DNA from: Nitrospirales bacterium
GTDB taxonomy: Bacteria; Nitrospirota; Nitrospiria; Nitrospirales; UBA8639
NCBI GenBank assembly: GCA_965203295.1
Contig: CBDBCZ010000017.1
Location: 864,001-928,000 of the forward strand
Direction of reading: 5' to 3'
Length of the DNA stretch: 64,000 nt
The position numbers and the translations under genes were made by a program. This document shows, in pieces, positions 1 through 44,025 of the stretch. The notes below the pieces were generated by a model. That model saw only the letters and a list, made by a program, of their open reading frames with translations, made no database searches and was not told the origin of the DNA. The number at the start of each line of letters is the position of its first letter. Position 1 is the first letter of the stretch.

Positions 1-579
1 AGAGAGTTCGTTAAATACGTAAATTGGCACTCCACAATTAATTCTCATTTGAGCTTTGCCCAAATGTCAGTTAACACATAGCATGTTCCCTGCATGTGAT
101 CAGCTGATGCCACATGCTCAGCTGATGCCCTGGTGATAGAGATTTCACATGGGGTTGGCTTCAACCCATTCAGCTTGAATAGCTGTCTGCCTTTGTCTTG
201 CTGCTTTTGCATTCCCTATGTGCTAGCTAGACGGTTCAAACTTTGCATTCCCTACGTGCTAGCTAGACGGTTCAACCTTTGCAATATCTGTTGCCCACCC
301 ACCCTCCCACAAACAGTTTTTGACTGTTTTTCTCTTTCTTTTTTTTCTTGGCAAGGTTTCTTTTTTTGTAGTTGGCAGGCCTGCTGCCGGGGGCGCTAAA
401 AGCTCGAAAGACCAATTTTGCCATCCACAGTGCTCTGTGTTGCTATGCAAAGCCAAGCTGCTCTATGCTACAATCATGCACATGCAAATGCCTAATGCTA
501 ATGGCTTGTTTCTTGCTAGGCCGCTGCTCACAAATATGCTAACTCTGCAAATGCCCAAAGCCCAATGCAATGCCATCTA

Positions 580-855
580 TAGTCTCGTGCCCAGCCCCAC
601 GTTAGGAAGGTGGGTCTGGCTCCCCGCATATTCAAAGTTGGGGCAGCATTACGTCAGCGGTCCCAGATCTGGACCGGCAATCTGATTGGTTACTTATAGT
701 ATTACATCACTAAACGGTTGTAGTATCCGGATATCTACACGAATGGCCACGTGGACACTTTCCATTTGGTGATGTAATATGATGTAACGCTAACCCAAAT
801 TTGAATATACGGGGAGCCAGACCCACTTTCTAACGTGGGGCTGGGCACGAGACTA
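580..855. mobile_element. TAGTCTCG-ended MITE with 9-bp TSD
   Basis: TIR TAGTCTCGTGCCCAGCCCCACGTTAG; TSD TGCCATCTA on both sides. Confidence 0.88.
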
Positions 856-1378
856 TGCCATCTACTGCCAATGCCCAATTTTAAATACAGGCTTAATATT
901 TACCCTGGCTGCAGGTTCTGCCCCATTTATCCTCCAAAATATGCTGTGATTACATGCCCAATGTGTTAATAGGTGGAATGTTTATATAAGAGCCTTAGGC
1001 CTTAAAAAGAAAGAAAAACTTCCAAGGTGAACTAAAAATACATTGTAGGTCAGCAAAAAAAATTACTAGATGACTGCAATGGTAATTTGATGTAGCCTTG
1101 TACATTGTATATGAAAGCTATCACAGGGCCTGGGATCTAAAGTCATGTGTACAGGCCAAAAGATAGAGAGGTAGTAGAGAGGTAATTATGAGTATGGGTG
1201 TTACACTTGCAATTCTCAGATAACAAAATTAATGAGGTAGCGAATCTACACGTGATATTTGGGTTACCTGAAAATTGTCTACTACATGTAGTTCATGCAC
1301 AGTTTATTAGCATTCATCCAGGAGGAAAGGATTGTAATGGCTACATAGTGTTCCCATTTCCCTTGCATCGTGACTCAC

Positions 1379-31374
<29,996 letters not shown>

Positions 31375-34300
31375 CTTTGTGTTTTTACGACACGAGTACA
31401 GCCGGCGAGAGAAAGGTACTCACAAACGCAGCTACACTGTATGTAGAGAATAACAAACAAACAGAGTTCTCTCTATGTTGCTTTAGAGGGGTGCCCGGTA
31501 CCACCCTGTTGTGATAAAGTACCCACCTATAGGGCTTAATGCACCTACTGTACCCCCTTTTTTCAGAGATGAATTTAAAGACTAGATGAGATACAACAAA
31601 GTTTAGTAGTATCAGTAATATGGTATTTAGGGTGACTTGACAATGATGGCATAGAGATGCAATGATGTCATAGTGATGTAATTAGTGCAGGGGCCTACTA
31701 CATAATGCCGGTGAGAACACTTGCAAAGCAACAATAAGCCATCCCCATAATCACTGTGTAGGTTCACTATAATAGGGGCTCACCAAAACTGGCAATTTTT
31801 CCCAAAATTTCGATGTACTTGCCATAGATAGCGTTCTATGACACCAGGCTAACTTGCAAATACTATATAGCTTTTCAGTTCTAGTTTAAAAGGTTCCTGA
31901 TTGGCAGAGAGTAGGGTCAGATTGGGTCTTACATGTAGCTATTTAAATGTAGCAAGAAATTTTTTGAGTGTGCACGTCTCAGAAACTACGTAAACATGCT
32001 ATCCAGCTCAAAAAGGGTCTCTTCCTACATTTAAGTCGTATCTAAATTTTAGGACAATCAGAGATACTCGCCAAAAGAGGCTGGATTACAACAGCCCCTA
32101 TTACGATAATGAGGATGGTGATGCATCAATCATATCCAGTCAGGTGGCCGAGTGCAAACATGTGAGAATCCATGGTCTGTCGCGAAATGGTATGAAAATG
32201 GCCCACCCACCTATAGAGAGTTTTCACGTGTCGTCACAGATCACGTGCGTCCGTGTCACGTTCCGTTTATGCCCGTTCTTGCCCACCATGCGTGGGCGAC
32301 TAGATTGGCACGTTATACAACGATCTCAGAATCAAGAGCCGCTGGGAACTTACGCGTTCAGTATCTCAACTATCGCTGTAAGTCAGTTTTCAGGCGGGAC
32401 AGATCGAGTGAATCTACCACCTAGACTACAAGTACGAGAGTAACTTCCGGTCTTTATGCGTATGGCTATGTACGTTTGCTGCCCACCAAAATGGCGCCCT
32501 GGCAACAGTTGCTACATGCGCGTGACGTAAAATGATGTCAATGAAAACTCTCCATATTATGATATACACAGTCATTCTCAGAACAGGAAGTACGTTTATT
32601 GGGAGTGGCATAACTACCAATGATCAGCTAAAGCCGTAATGATCAGCTAAAACAATGTTCGTTACTACTTCAGCTGATCATCATGATCACAAATGATCGG
32701 TAATGAAATCACTACTGATCAGCTAAATCAGTAATGGCTTAGCTAAGCAATTGCTGATTCAGCTACAGCACTGTTGATCCTGATTTAGGCATGCTATAAT
32801 AGTAGTACATCCTATATGTTAAGTTAACCAGAGTTAACGCCCTAAATACTGTGCCATGTGGTATATACATTCTCCAAACTACTCGGATAAACTACAGATG
32901 ATTGAGTCAATCTATTAAAGGACACATTAATTCAACCCCAGTCACTTGATCACGTACCTACTAAAGGTTGACCCTTTTGGACGCCACCCCACAGAGCTGG
33001 AGATATAGTATTAGTACGATACGTACGCAGCTACCCGGCATGTATGACGACACAAACCACACCTCCTCGGCCTAATCGACACCGGAAGCACTATAGCCCT
33101 TGTATGGCTGCCCCTGATTTGCTTATTAAACAGTGCAGCCAAAGCTGAATTTATACAGTATATGCAGTCAGCTAACTGAGGGAGCTAAATACTGTTGGAC
33201 ATTTTATTTTGGGTGCTTTTCCGCGGATACGCAGAGGTAGGTTGGATCATAGAGTAGAGTACTCTACTAGCTATGGTTGAATGCTGAAGTATTAATCATG
33301 TGTGTGTGTGTTTACACAATTTTTTGGAGAGCATGTTTGTATAGTACAGACTAATGGATTACTTTAATACATACAGTTATACAGTAGCCATTGCAGCTCG
33401 CTCAATGAGCCTAGCGCTTGTAAGAAATCCATATCGTATGTAACTATACGGGTACGGTGCGCGCTGCTACCGAAATTCCATTAGCGCTATCGTTGCATAA
33501 ATTTTTAGGCTGCGCTATCGTTGCATAAATTTTTAGGCTGCGCTATCGTTGCATAGGCTGCAGAGCGCGCTGGATTATAAAAAGGCCTTAAAGGTATTTA
33601 CACATGTATCTAAGCGGCTTGCAGGCAGGTCAAAATTTCCGCCTCGCCCCTTTGCTACGCTGAACGAGTCGGCGCTCACTGTTTTGTTACAGTTGTATGC
33701 ATTCCTAGACTCGTCGTAGATAATGTAGTACGCGCTGGTCACCAGGTGACGTGGCTCTAGCGCGGCAAACTGCCGCCAAGTATGTGTAATGGCTACAGAA
33801 TTGATGCACCGACAAAGGTGAGCATTCGCTTTCATAACATCTAGATATCTTCCTGATAGCGTTCTCTAGATCTTGCAGACAAGCCCACGTATATACGGCT
33901 TCACATACAGCATGATAATAAATACCATAATTACATGTATATTATTGTCTATGACAATACCTATATAGCCACCATCTGGCTCCCAGCCCTGACTGTACTG
34001 TGGAGGCGTACAAGGCTAATATTACCCTCTACATGTAGTGACCACAGTATACGTAGGTATATATAGCTACCTCGGGATCACTTGCAGTATTCATAATTTG
34101 GGAGAACTGGATCTAGGTACTCTTACACACTTCTGGTGTTCTCTACGTATCCGAATTGAGCCAATGAAAATCGCAGTCACATGACCTCTCTGTACCTGAT
34201 GAAGGGCTGTACATAGTCTTGTGCCCAGCCCGTCGCTCCTCCCCTCGCTGAGACGGTCTGGCGACCCAAGTCCAAAAGGTCGTTTCATCCGCTCTGATTC

Positions 34301-35460
34301 CAGGCGGATCCAATGAGATTACAGTATTTGTGATTATTACGTAAAAGAATGCTATTACTAAAGGGCACTACCCGGGGGTCAATCATGCCCGTTCGTGTTG
34401 GAATCTTTGTAATCGCTTCGCCCATTATTGTGCTAGCCTGGCTGAAAGAATTAGAAGGACAAGATAGATGAATCTGCAGTTTTAACCACTTGCCGCTTTG
34501 GTACTTTAGAGATATTCTTTAGCAGAGTTATAAGTCTGGTTGGTGATGACAACACTCGAGAATAATTGGTAGGGCTCATATTAGCTCTAGACTACGCCTT
34601 ACAGCAGAGCTTTGAACATGTCATTTAATACACAGCTAATGCCATCCCTACACACGGAATACTACCGTACTCCATGACTAAGCCACGCAAGGCTTAGTAT
34701 TAGCTGCGCCATGGACCATTACACACTCAGACAATTCGCTAGAATAGACCGTTACAAGCGAGTGATACATTGTGTGTATATGCATTGCATAGAGCACACC
34801 AGAGCACGCAAGTGTGTCTAGACCTAGCCTCGTTCCCAGGCTCTACTGCCCAGTAGAACCTGGGAACGAGGCTTCTCCTGCCGGATACTGCAAGGGTAGT
34901 TGGGGATAGCTTGCTAGAGCGCACAAAAACCTCGAAATTGCACAATCCTAAAACTGAATTTCAGAATGTGAAGCCATACTATATATAGACACAGTGCCTG
35001 TGTGTAGGATGCTGTGGTATAGCAAGAATCCTGAGCCCATGTGCACATCACAAGGGTAGCAGATGTGTACATGTGAAAGCAGTGACTAGACTGCATGCAC
35101 AGGATATGAATACATGTACATTGTGTAATAGTGGTAACAGCACTGTACATGTACATTATGTAATAGTGGTAACAGCACTGTGTATGTTGGCTACATGCAG
35201 CACTGAACAAATTAGGGACCAGCTTATTGTGCTGGCATACATGTAGCAAAATAGGGTGAGGCAATTCAAGTAGCCTCAAATGCAGGCCTTACTCGCCCAG
35301 ATTTCATCTCGCAACCCTGGAGAAAATGGGAACTGTGGGAAGTAAGGCCTGGAAGAATTTCACACGTGATATCGATCCACCTAGCCAGTTTTTTTTTTCT
35401 TTCCCTTTCTGGGGGAGGGGATGGGGCTCAGCCCCCCAGCTTTTTTAAAGGGACTCAAGC

Positions 35461-35988
35461 TAATCTCATGCCCAGACCGTGTCTTCTTCCCCTCGCTGAA
35501 ATGTTCTGCCAACCCAAGTCCAAAATTCGTTTCAATGGCGGTGATATGGGCGGAGTAAATAGTTCAAGTTTCAAAAACTATATATAAAAGCATACTACAA
35601 TCTCTACAAGGATCGTTTTTGTATACGTACACACAACTTTTGACTGAAAAAAAACAAGCACAATAGAGCAACACGAGCAAGGTATGGCTACTTGCCTTTC
35701 AAGGCTTATATCAAAAACTTAAAAGTTGATCTTTTCATAAGCCCTGCTTTCGCTGAGGTTACGGTATCCAACCTTCGAAACTGCACAAAGAGCTATCTCA
35801 ATTGCTACCTGATTTAAACGGCTGCCTAACTCTTAAAACTCGAATGACGCCATTTTCTCAAACCGTAATAGCATTTTTTTAGGTAATCATCACAAGCCTG
35901 GAATATGAGTGGATGAAACAACCTTTTGGACTTGGATCGCCAGACTGTCTCAGTGAGGGGGAGGGGCAACGGTCTATGCATGAGACTA
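35461..35988. mobile_element. TAGTCTC-family MITE with degenerate 9-bp TSD
   Basis: TIR ~70 bp (a related end lies at ~34214-34290); TSD GACTCAAGC/GGCTCAAGC. Confidence 0.7.
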
Positions 35989-36136
35989 GGCTCAAGCCTC
36001 TCCTCCTATATCTCTGCCCATGTTATTGGGCCCATTGCCAGGATCAATTTCAGAATCCATGTTTTGTACATGTACTGTCCCTATTATCATGGAGCCCTTA
36101 TGCAAATGTTCATGGGCTCTTTAGCGTGCAAATGTT

Positions 36137-36173
<37 letters not shown>

Positions 36174-36175
36174 AA

Positions 36176-37423
36176 ATGGCAGTTCAGGCTCTTTGGTTTT
36201 CACTTGCAGCCTTAGCTCTGATATCAGGACAGGCGGTGAATGGTCAGTGCGATTTCCTTGACATTGGAACATTTGTTCTTTCTAACCTGGGCTCTGAGTG
36301 CCAGAGCTCGTTTACGACCTTGTCAAGTCTGCAAACTAGAGCAATAGCAGCTGCTGCAGCAGGAGATGATCTTGAGCTAACAGATAATGAAGAAACTGCT
36401 TTGAATGGAGCGTGTGTCGACTCGTGCGTAGGAGCCGTTGTGGACTATCTGCAAGATAATAATTGCCCCCAAGATGATATTAATGGACTGGCAACGCTGT
36501 GTTATCGTAATCCTTTCTCTACCAATCTGTGCATTGCGACGGTTGACTACGTTCTGGGACGCGTTGATGACGCCATTGCAGCATGTAACACCACTGGCAC
36601 AGAATGTCCTGCTAATTGTTCAGCCCTTCTGCCTGAGTTGTACGGCAATGGTGGCTGCTGCATGAAAACTAGGTTGCCAATTATCCCTTCTTTTGATGCA
36701 ATCGTCAATATGTCATGTGATTATTTTGATCTCTGCGCGGGTGTTGTCGGTGCGACTGAATGCAGCGTCCCGTATGTTGCAAGAACCGGTCAGGAATGCA
36801 CTGATGCTGGAATCGATGCTTTTGCCTTCTCTGAAGCAAGTGGCCTGAGTGAGGACTGTCAGCGCAACTATGCTACCGTGCAAGCCTTTCGAAATAGAGC
36901 AACGGCTCTTACCGCAGCAGGACAACCGGTCGCCCCAACAGCAGCTGAAAACACTGCTTTGAATATGGTTTGTGCCGAATCGTGCATGGGAACTATCGTA
37001 GAGTATGTGGAAGATACGTGTACCGCACAGCGGGCTGAAGAACTTGCATCGCTGTGTACCCGCAATCCCGGCTCCGGAAATACGTGCATTCAGACGATTG
37101 ACTACGTTCTGAGTCGTGTTCCAGAGGCTGTTGCAGCATGTAACACCACTGGCACAGAATGTCCTGCTAATTGTTCAGCCCTTCTGCCTGAGTTGTACGG
37201 CAATGGTGGCTGCTGCATGAAAACTACAGTTCCGATTGTCACCAGTTTCGATACAGTTGTTGATATGTTTTGTCGATATTTCGAACTGTGTGCGGACGAA
37301 ACGGACTTTGACGCAGAAGAATGCAGCATACCGTTCGTCGAAGGCAGTGGAACTACTGTCTTTGTTGCCAAAACGCTTTTGGTGCTTGCAGTCAGCATTG
37401 CCACTTTCCTGAAAGTTGTCTAG
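36176..37423 (+). CDS. Secreted or GPI-anchored Cys-rich protein made of two ~185-aa tandem domains; family unknown
   Basis: 415-aa ORF with an N-terminal signal peptide and a hydrophobic C-terminal tail after GSG. The Cys pattern repeats at an offset of 555 nt. A (CT)n-CAG acceptor sits 2 nt before the ATG, implying a 5'UTR intron. Confidence 0.88.
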   Translation: MAVQALWFSLAALALISGQAVNGQCDFLDIGTFVLSNLGSECQSSFTTLSSLQTRAIAAAAAGDDLELTDNEETALNGACVDSCVGAVVDYLQDNNCPQDDINGLATLCYRNPFSTNLCIATVDYVLGRVDDAIAACNTTGTECPANCSALLPELYGNGGCCMKTRLPIIPSFDAIVNMSCDYFDLCAGVVGATECSVPYVARTGQECTDAGIDAFAFSEASGLSEDCQRNYATVQAFRNRATALTAAGQPVAPTAAENTALNMVCAESCMGTIVEYVEDTCTAQRAEELASLCTRNPGSGNTCIQTIDYVLSRVPEAVAACNTTGTECPANCSALLPELYGNGGCCMKTTVPIVTSFDTVVDMFCRYFELCADETDFDAEECSIPFVEGSGTTVFVAKTLLVLAVSIATFLKVV

Positions 37424-38105
37424 TGTGTTTTACCTCGAGACGTCGAGCATGGAAACGTTACTAGTAGTCGATTAACTGTAGCTTGCGTTATAATTTATGT
37501 GAATGCTAGTTTTTACATGTAGTAGTCATTGTAATGTTGGTTTCCTGACACCCTTTATTTAGAAATACATTCCAACTGTTCACAAACTTTTGAATTTGAT
37601 CTGTATACATGCACTGAAATTGACTAGTTCCTGAAATGCAAGTTGTTTATATAATACAGCATGAGCCGCCAAAGGTCCTATAAACATGTACACCAATGAG
37701 TGTCGTAGGCTTGATTCGACAAGTCCATGTTAAACATCCAACTTGTCAAATGTGATCTAAAAACAAGACACTTACGTAGGTCAGGTTAAGTTCAGTGTGT
37801 GAATGGATCTGTTGCGGCCGGGTTCACTCTTTTGCTAATCGCACATGCAGTGAATGGCTCTCTCACAGCAACAATTATTTCTCTTTCTTTTTCTCTCTCT
37901 TTTCAGACATACAGGACAGCATTTATATATGCAATAGAGACAATGCATGGCCCATAAGGCCTAACAAAACATAGACTAACAGACAACTATTACATAAATC
38001 ATAAACAAGACGTAGGGCAGAACATATACATGAGTAACACCAACTATTGTCTAAGCATGTGTTCAGTAACCTGAGGTTACAGATCAAAGGCACTGGTACA
38101 GACTA

Positions 38106-38641
38106 CCGTATTTCCGCGATCAGACGCCGCCCTCGATTAGTAGCCGCCCTCGAATTATAGCCGCACCTCCGGAAGTGCTGAACGAAATAGTGGCCGCGCC
38201 CTCGAATAGTAGCCGCGGCTAAAATTCAAGTACCGTGTAAGCGCTTAAGCAAGAAGATGTAGCAACTACAGTAAAAGTAGAGTAATACTTGACTTTGCTA
38301 GCTAACAGTTTAATATCGGACCTCACCTTTGTCTTCTTCGAGATTGCGAATTTAAGGGATCAGAGCCCGACGGAGGCTGCCCGCGAATCTATATTTTCGA
38401 TACCTCTCCCCTCGAAAAACAGCTGGCATTGTAGCATGGCGGCTTTTCGATAGTGTTGAGGCACGAACGGCGATTTGCAAACGGATTTAAACTGCTGTTG
38501 TACATCGCTGTGTAACCAGTAAGCCGCTCAATCTAATAAACGCCGCCCTCGATTAGTGGCCGCCCTCGAATAGTGGCCGCGGAAAATCGCGCGATGAAAT
38601 AAATATAATAGTAGCCGCGGCGTCTGATCGCGGAAATACGG
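38106..38641. mobile_element. pogo/Tigger-like MITE with subterminal GCCGCCCTCGA repeats
   Basis: 25-bp TIR CCGTATTTCCGCGATCAGACGCCGC; TA TSD. Confidence 0.87.
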
Positions 38642-39073
38642 TATACCTTGCAGTTGACAGCGGAGCAGCTGTAGCTATATAAAGATGCAGACTTTGCTAA
38701 CACTAAGTTATCCGAGCTGACACCCATTCACCTGAATCAATCATGCAGACAGATTCAGCTGTATTGCTCACCAATTCACCTACATCACTCACCTAATTCG
38801 CTCTCCAATTCGTTGTATCACCCACCGATGCGCGTGAATCATTCGTCGATTCGCTGTATACATGTAGCACTAACTGATGCACGTGAATCGCTCACCGATT
38901 CGCTGTATGCACTCAACAACACTGATGTAATGCAGCTGGCTCAAAAACCTAAGGTTAGCCTCTAGGACATACAAGTACATTAGTGATAATAAACGGTTTT
39001 CTATATGACCATACGGCACAACCAAGACATAGCATACATGTACAGGCCTCATACAGGTTTTTGTGCAAGCATA

Positions 39074-42000
39074 TTAGTGCATGCTTTGCTCATCTGGGTC
39101 AACATTATGATGTTCTTCATCAAGAGAGAGAACTTCTTCATGAGAAGTTACTTGTTCTTCAACCTTTTGTTTATCTGGTGAGTGAACCAGCACAAGTTCA
39201 TCTAGAGAATAAGAGAGACAAGTTTATTTGCTGGTTTATAAATGGTTGATGAATATGTTCATAGGAGTGGTGTGTCCTTATTATTTGAGGACCTAGTGAG
39301 TGGTATATATTATAAAACAAGCTACAGAAAAAGAACTTTACCAAAAAGTGCAAAAACCATTCATGTAGGGATGCACTTCCACAAAAAGAAAGGAAACAAG
39401 CTATAACCTACACCGCAATGGGTTCAGAGACTACCTACACATCACAGCTCAATGCATTACAGAGTAACGCTCGAGAATAACTGATAGTGCTTATATAAGC
39501 CCTAGACTACACCTACAGCACAGTTTTGAGCATATCATTTTGTACACATTTAATGGGGACGCCATTTTTTTTCCAGAGCCATCCCTACATATGGAGTACT
39601 ACTGTACTCCATGATACATGTATGTCAAGGACCTGTCGCTAGCTAGTCAGTGGTGTGTCCTTAGTAACCTCCTTATAATCCATGGCATGTCCTTACAATT
39701 ATGGGACCTAGTGTCCCCAAGGAGCCTGTGCTATTATAGTTGTGCATGTGTGCTGTATGAAGTAAATATTGTCCACAACTCAGATGTATGGGTATAGAGG
39801 GGACATCACATGAAATACATGAGCCGCCTCTCTATAGATATACCCTTTACATCGCAATAGGAGACCACGAATCATTTTTAAAACTTACCAGGTACAATCG
39901 CTATGAATCTTTTTCTTTCTTCGTCTTTATCAAACACCGAAATCTTCATCCACCCACTCAACATTACCCTGGACCCTTTCTTCACGTTCTTGAGCACAAA
40001 GTCCGTCTGTTCTGGGGAGTGGACATTTATGGTGTGCCACGTAGCCCTCTCCACCCATCCACCTGTGGTATAGACAAAACATATGTATACATGTAGCATT
40101 GTTTGCTTGCCTGCCTATCCAGGCTGCTGTATCTGGAATTTTTCTGTTTCGTGCAATTCCTTCAACACAATTTCTCTGACTGCTTCCACTGATAGAAGGC
40201 TGGTTCGTGCATGCATGGAGACCCACCTTTGTGGCTTTGTTCGCCCACATGGCAAAGCTCTCTCTACCTTACACACATGTAATACTCATGTTTAAAAGCG
40301 TACCAGACTTTCCATCTTCTTTCAAGAAGAGCCTGGGAACAGCAGGCTACCTCTGACATGTATACGCTACTTCAATATGAGTCAGATTCTACGGTATTTA
40401 TTATACATGTATGACAAAGTGTTGTTTTAGCATGACTTCATTTAGTTTTAGTAAAAAGAACAAAGCTTAGCTTTAGATAACTAAAACGAAAAAGGGGTTA
40501 CTAAGATACTTTTAGTATTAGTTAACCTAACTACATGTACATGTAAATGGGTTGATTTTGGTGAAAAAATATTATAGTTTATTCGGAGTCCCACCTTTGA
40601 TATATCAGTTTTAGTTTGTTAACTAAACCTACCTGTTTTTGTTCCTACTAAAACATTCTGTTAGCTCAAGTTACTGAAACAGCACCACATGACATATATA
40701 GAGGCATGTTTTAATGATCCCCCTCACCTGGGCCCTTGGTGTACTTATTTGTGACCATATAAAATGTCACCAGACTCCGCCCACTCTTAAAGTTGAGTTT
40801 CTGTGGGTCACGGCCAACACGCCCGAGAAGGTAGACTTGGTTGATATCTGGATCGAGGATTAATTTACAATGAACACATAGTGAGTACAGTAGAACCCCT
40901 ATAATGTTGACACCTTGGGGACCTGGTAAAGTGTCCTGTGTAGAGAGGTGTCCTCATTTCAGGGATAAATTTACATTAATTAAGAAAGCATATTTTGGAC
41001 ACAGCAAAGTGTCCTTAATACAGAGGTGTCCTTATTTCAGGGGTTTCCTTTAAGAGGGGTTCCACTGTAATATATGTGGTGCATGTTGAATACAATTGCA
41101 GGCTTGCAAATATCATGAAATCAGTGTGTAAAATTGCTACATGTACATCATACACATGCAAAATGCGGTGTCCTGTGCTCTCACACTGTGCATGCATGTG
41201 TAGAGTAGGTGTTTTAAAATACACTTTCATGCTATAGTTCTTCAATTCCAACCAGAAGTGCTTGTCAAAATCTTCAGCATCAATTTTACTAGCCATTTGG
41301 GGGGAATCTTGAATAAATGCTCTTTTATTTTTTAGGCTAGTTGCTTTACTTGTTGGCTATCAGTTTATACCTGTATTAGTTACATTCCGTTTATTATACT
41401 TGTACACTTTACTTTATAAGCCACTTTTTAACTCCTTTACACTAGCTAACTTTTTTTTCCTGTATCATGGACATGTTCTGTGTAGCATTAAAAGTTTAAG
41501 GGAATAGGATTCTTCATGTAGAAATCATAGAAGATGAAACAGCTTACACTTCTCATTGAATTGTGCGGCTGGGATATCTGTTGATAGTGACGCACGCAAG
41601 ATGTTCCGTTGCAGAAGATTCTAAGGGAAAATTAAATGTAGCACATGCAGCGATAGAATATATGCACGCTATTCAGTAGGTTGCAATGCAGGGTCAATGG
41701 CATGCCAGACGGTGCTGAACATCAGTAGGTTGCTATAGTACTGAACCTCAGTAAGTTGCTATAGAATATATGCACACTATTCAGGGGTGGACTTCAGTAG
41801 GTTACAATGCAGGGTCAATGGTATGCCAGACGGTGCTGAACCTCAGTAGGTTGCTATAGAGTTGAACCTCATAGGTTGCTATAGTGCTGAACCTCAGTAG
41901 GTTGCTATAGAGTTGAACCTCAGTAGGTTGCTAGTATTGAACCTCAGTAGGTTGCCATATTGCGCCTCGGTAGTTTGCAATAGTATTGAACCTCAATAGG

Positions 42001-43603
42001 TGCTATAGGCACATCCAGTGTTGAACCTCAGTTGGTTGTTATAAGCACAATCAGGGCTGACCCTCAGTTGGTTGTGGGTTGCAAGGTAACACTAGATGTA
42101 TATTCCGAGTTGAGCCTCACGGTGTAGGGGTAGCTAAACTGCTAGTCAGTGCTGAACCTCAGTAGGTTGCTATAAGGCCATTCAGTGCTGAACCTCAGTA
42201 GGTTGCTATAAGTACATTCAGGTCAGTTGGTTACAAGGCACACTATACATACTGAGGCTGAAACCTCAGTGCATTACTACAAATGCTGCACGTTGCTAAA
42301 AGAACATCCTGGGCTTAACCGCAACAAATAGCAGTACTAGTGTAGCTAAAACTGCTAATTAGGAATGAACCTCAGTAAGTTGTACTACAGCATACAGCTA
42401 GCTTCATTCCCAGGCCTACAATTACACGAATTGTCACAGGGCTTGAGATCTAAAGTCATGTAAACAACTTATGTTATTATCTGAATCTCTGTTTTTCTAC
42501 ACTTTACCATTATTTTTCAGCGGTAAGTCCGTGGCACAAACGGGCTACAAAGAATAGCTACAAGAAGTATAGATTTGCTACCTTCACTTTACTGTCTGAG
42601 AGTAGCAACTGCATCAACCATGCTCACTAATACTGCTCCACTGCCTTCTACTTTTTGGCTTCAAGGTAATTTTTTTGTGATGATACTCAAGAGATCTGGA
42701 CGAAATCCAAGCGACAAAAATCAACCATCATTCTCAGATATATACGAAGGAGGCTGGGCTACTGAATGCACGAAAATCAAGCAAACAAGAAATTTAGAAA
42801 TAACGATCAAACGATCAAGGATTGATCAAATTCTTGATCCTGTTTGTCTACAATCATAGATAGTAGAGTAGAACTTCTACTCTACTATCTATGCTACAAT
42901 GTACTGGCAGAGATTTACAGTTAGTCTCGCGGGCCAGACGATTAAAGTACGTCTGGTCACGTTTGCCACGTTTTTGCAAACGTCGCCGGAATGTGGGCGA
43001 CACCAATCAGATTGCAGAGCGTTCAATTATTACATAGCTCTTACGCGTTAGTCACATGACAGTCTGTCCTTTTCAAACGAGATGTTATCGAGAAAAAAGT
43101 GTTAGCGAACGTTGCGAGTTAGCTATGCCGAACCAGGAACGAGTAATAAGTTTTAAAATAAAAGACGGTTTTCGTCGCTGGTGTCTCAAGTGCACCTGAC
43201 AAAATAGGACGCACATGCTCTGTAGACTCACTGTGAAGATTTCGACGTTCCTTCGCCGTTACCGCTGACTCACAAAGCAAGTACATCTCTACCGACTTTC
43301 CATATCGTGATTATAAGGCGAGAGTCTATTAGCTTCACATAATTGCGTTCTGCCTCGTGAAAAATGACTGCGTCACGTGCACTACATTCCACCGCGTAAC
43401 GGAAACGCGGCTAAGGTGGCCAGACATAACTTCCCCTAACAAAAATCGTCTGGCCCGCGAGACTAATTTACAGTAGTGTAGCTGATGACGTCATCTCTCC
43501 CCACACGGGCCCACCCACACGTACACATTTAAAAGCGTAAAAAACCATTTCCACTGCCACAATAAATTTTCAGCCGTACCTGCAACTTTCGAAACGATAG
43601 CAT
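39074..43603 (-). CDS. SSBP1: Mitochondrial single-stranded DNA-binding protein paralogue B (172 aa)
   Basis: Exons 43580-43603 (MLSFRKLQ), 41548-41620, 40728-40847 (INQVYLLGRVGRDP...VTFYMVTN), 39889-40062 (ATWHTINV...VKKGSRVMLSG), 39074-39201 (acidic tail, TAA). All are GT-AG with consistent phases. Confidence 0.87.
40418..40685. mobile_element. Second copy of the AT-rich MITE family, in an SSB intron
   Basis: Reverse-complement similarity to 22444-22735. Confidence 0.65.
40888..41067. mobile_element. Same TA-TSD MITE family
   Basis: TA|CAGTAGAACCCCT...AGGGGTTCCACTG|TA. Confidence 0.85.
41710..42385. repeat. Degenerate array of GCTGAACCTCAGTAGGTTGCTATA motifs with variable spacers
   Basis: About 16 recognisable copies in SSB-B intron 1. 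Confidence 0.85.
42922..43465. mobile_element. TAGTCTCG-ended MITE with 9-bp TSD
   Basis: TAGTCTCGCGGGCCAGACGATT...AATCGTCTGGCCCGCGAGACTA; TSD ATTTACAGT. Confidence 0.88.
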
Positions 43604-44025
43604 AGTCCGGCTCCTCCCTGCACTGTCGATGTCGTCCGCTCTAGCAATCTCGGTACTGGGACCATAAACTGTCCAATACCGAACCACAATCAGTCCAATA
43701 CTGGTACTGGTACCGTAATATGTGGACGTCACACGTCCCAATGACATCATACCCCGCCTGGCGCGCGCGGTACGCAGGCGCTAGGCAGTGGACAGTTTTT
43801 CTTTTCAAACATGCAAAAAAATTTGGTAGTGGAGACTGAGAACAAGGCTATTAAAATGGCAATCTCCAACAGTTTTTTTGCTTTTTTGGGTAGGCGAAAA
43901 TTTAACATTAATATGAACCATGCAGACAGCCTGGCCCGCGAGAATACAAGTGCGTAGACAGTACACCATATTAATACAGACTATATAGTGTGTGCCAACA
44001 ATACAATAATATACTGTAGCTGCTA

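Noticed and set aside
41830..41930. AGTAGGTTGCTATAG resembles the 3' part of let-7
   Set aside because: The seed TGAGGTAG is absent in that orientation and there is no pre-miRNA hairpin; coincidental match within a tandem repeat
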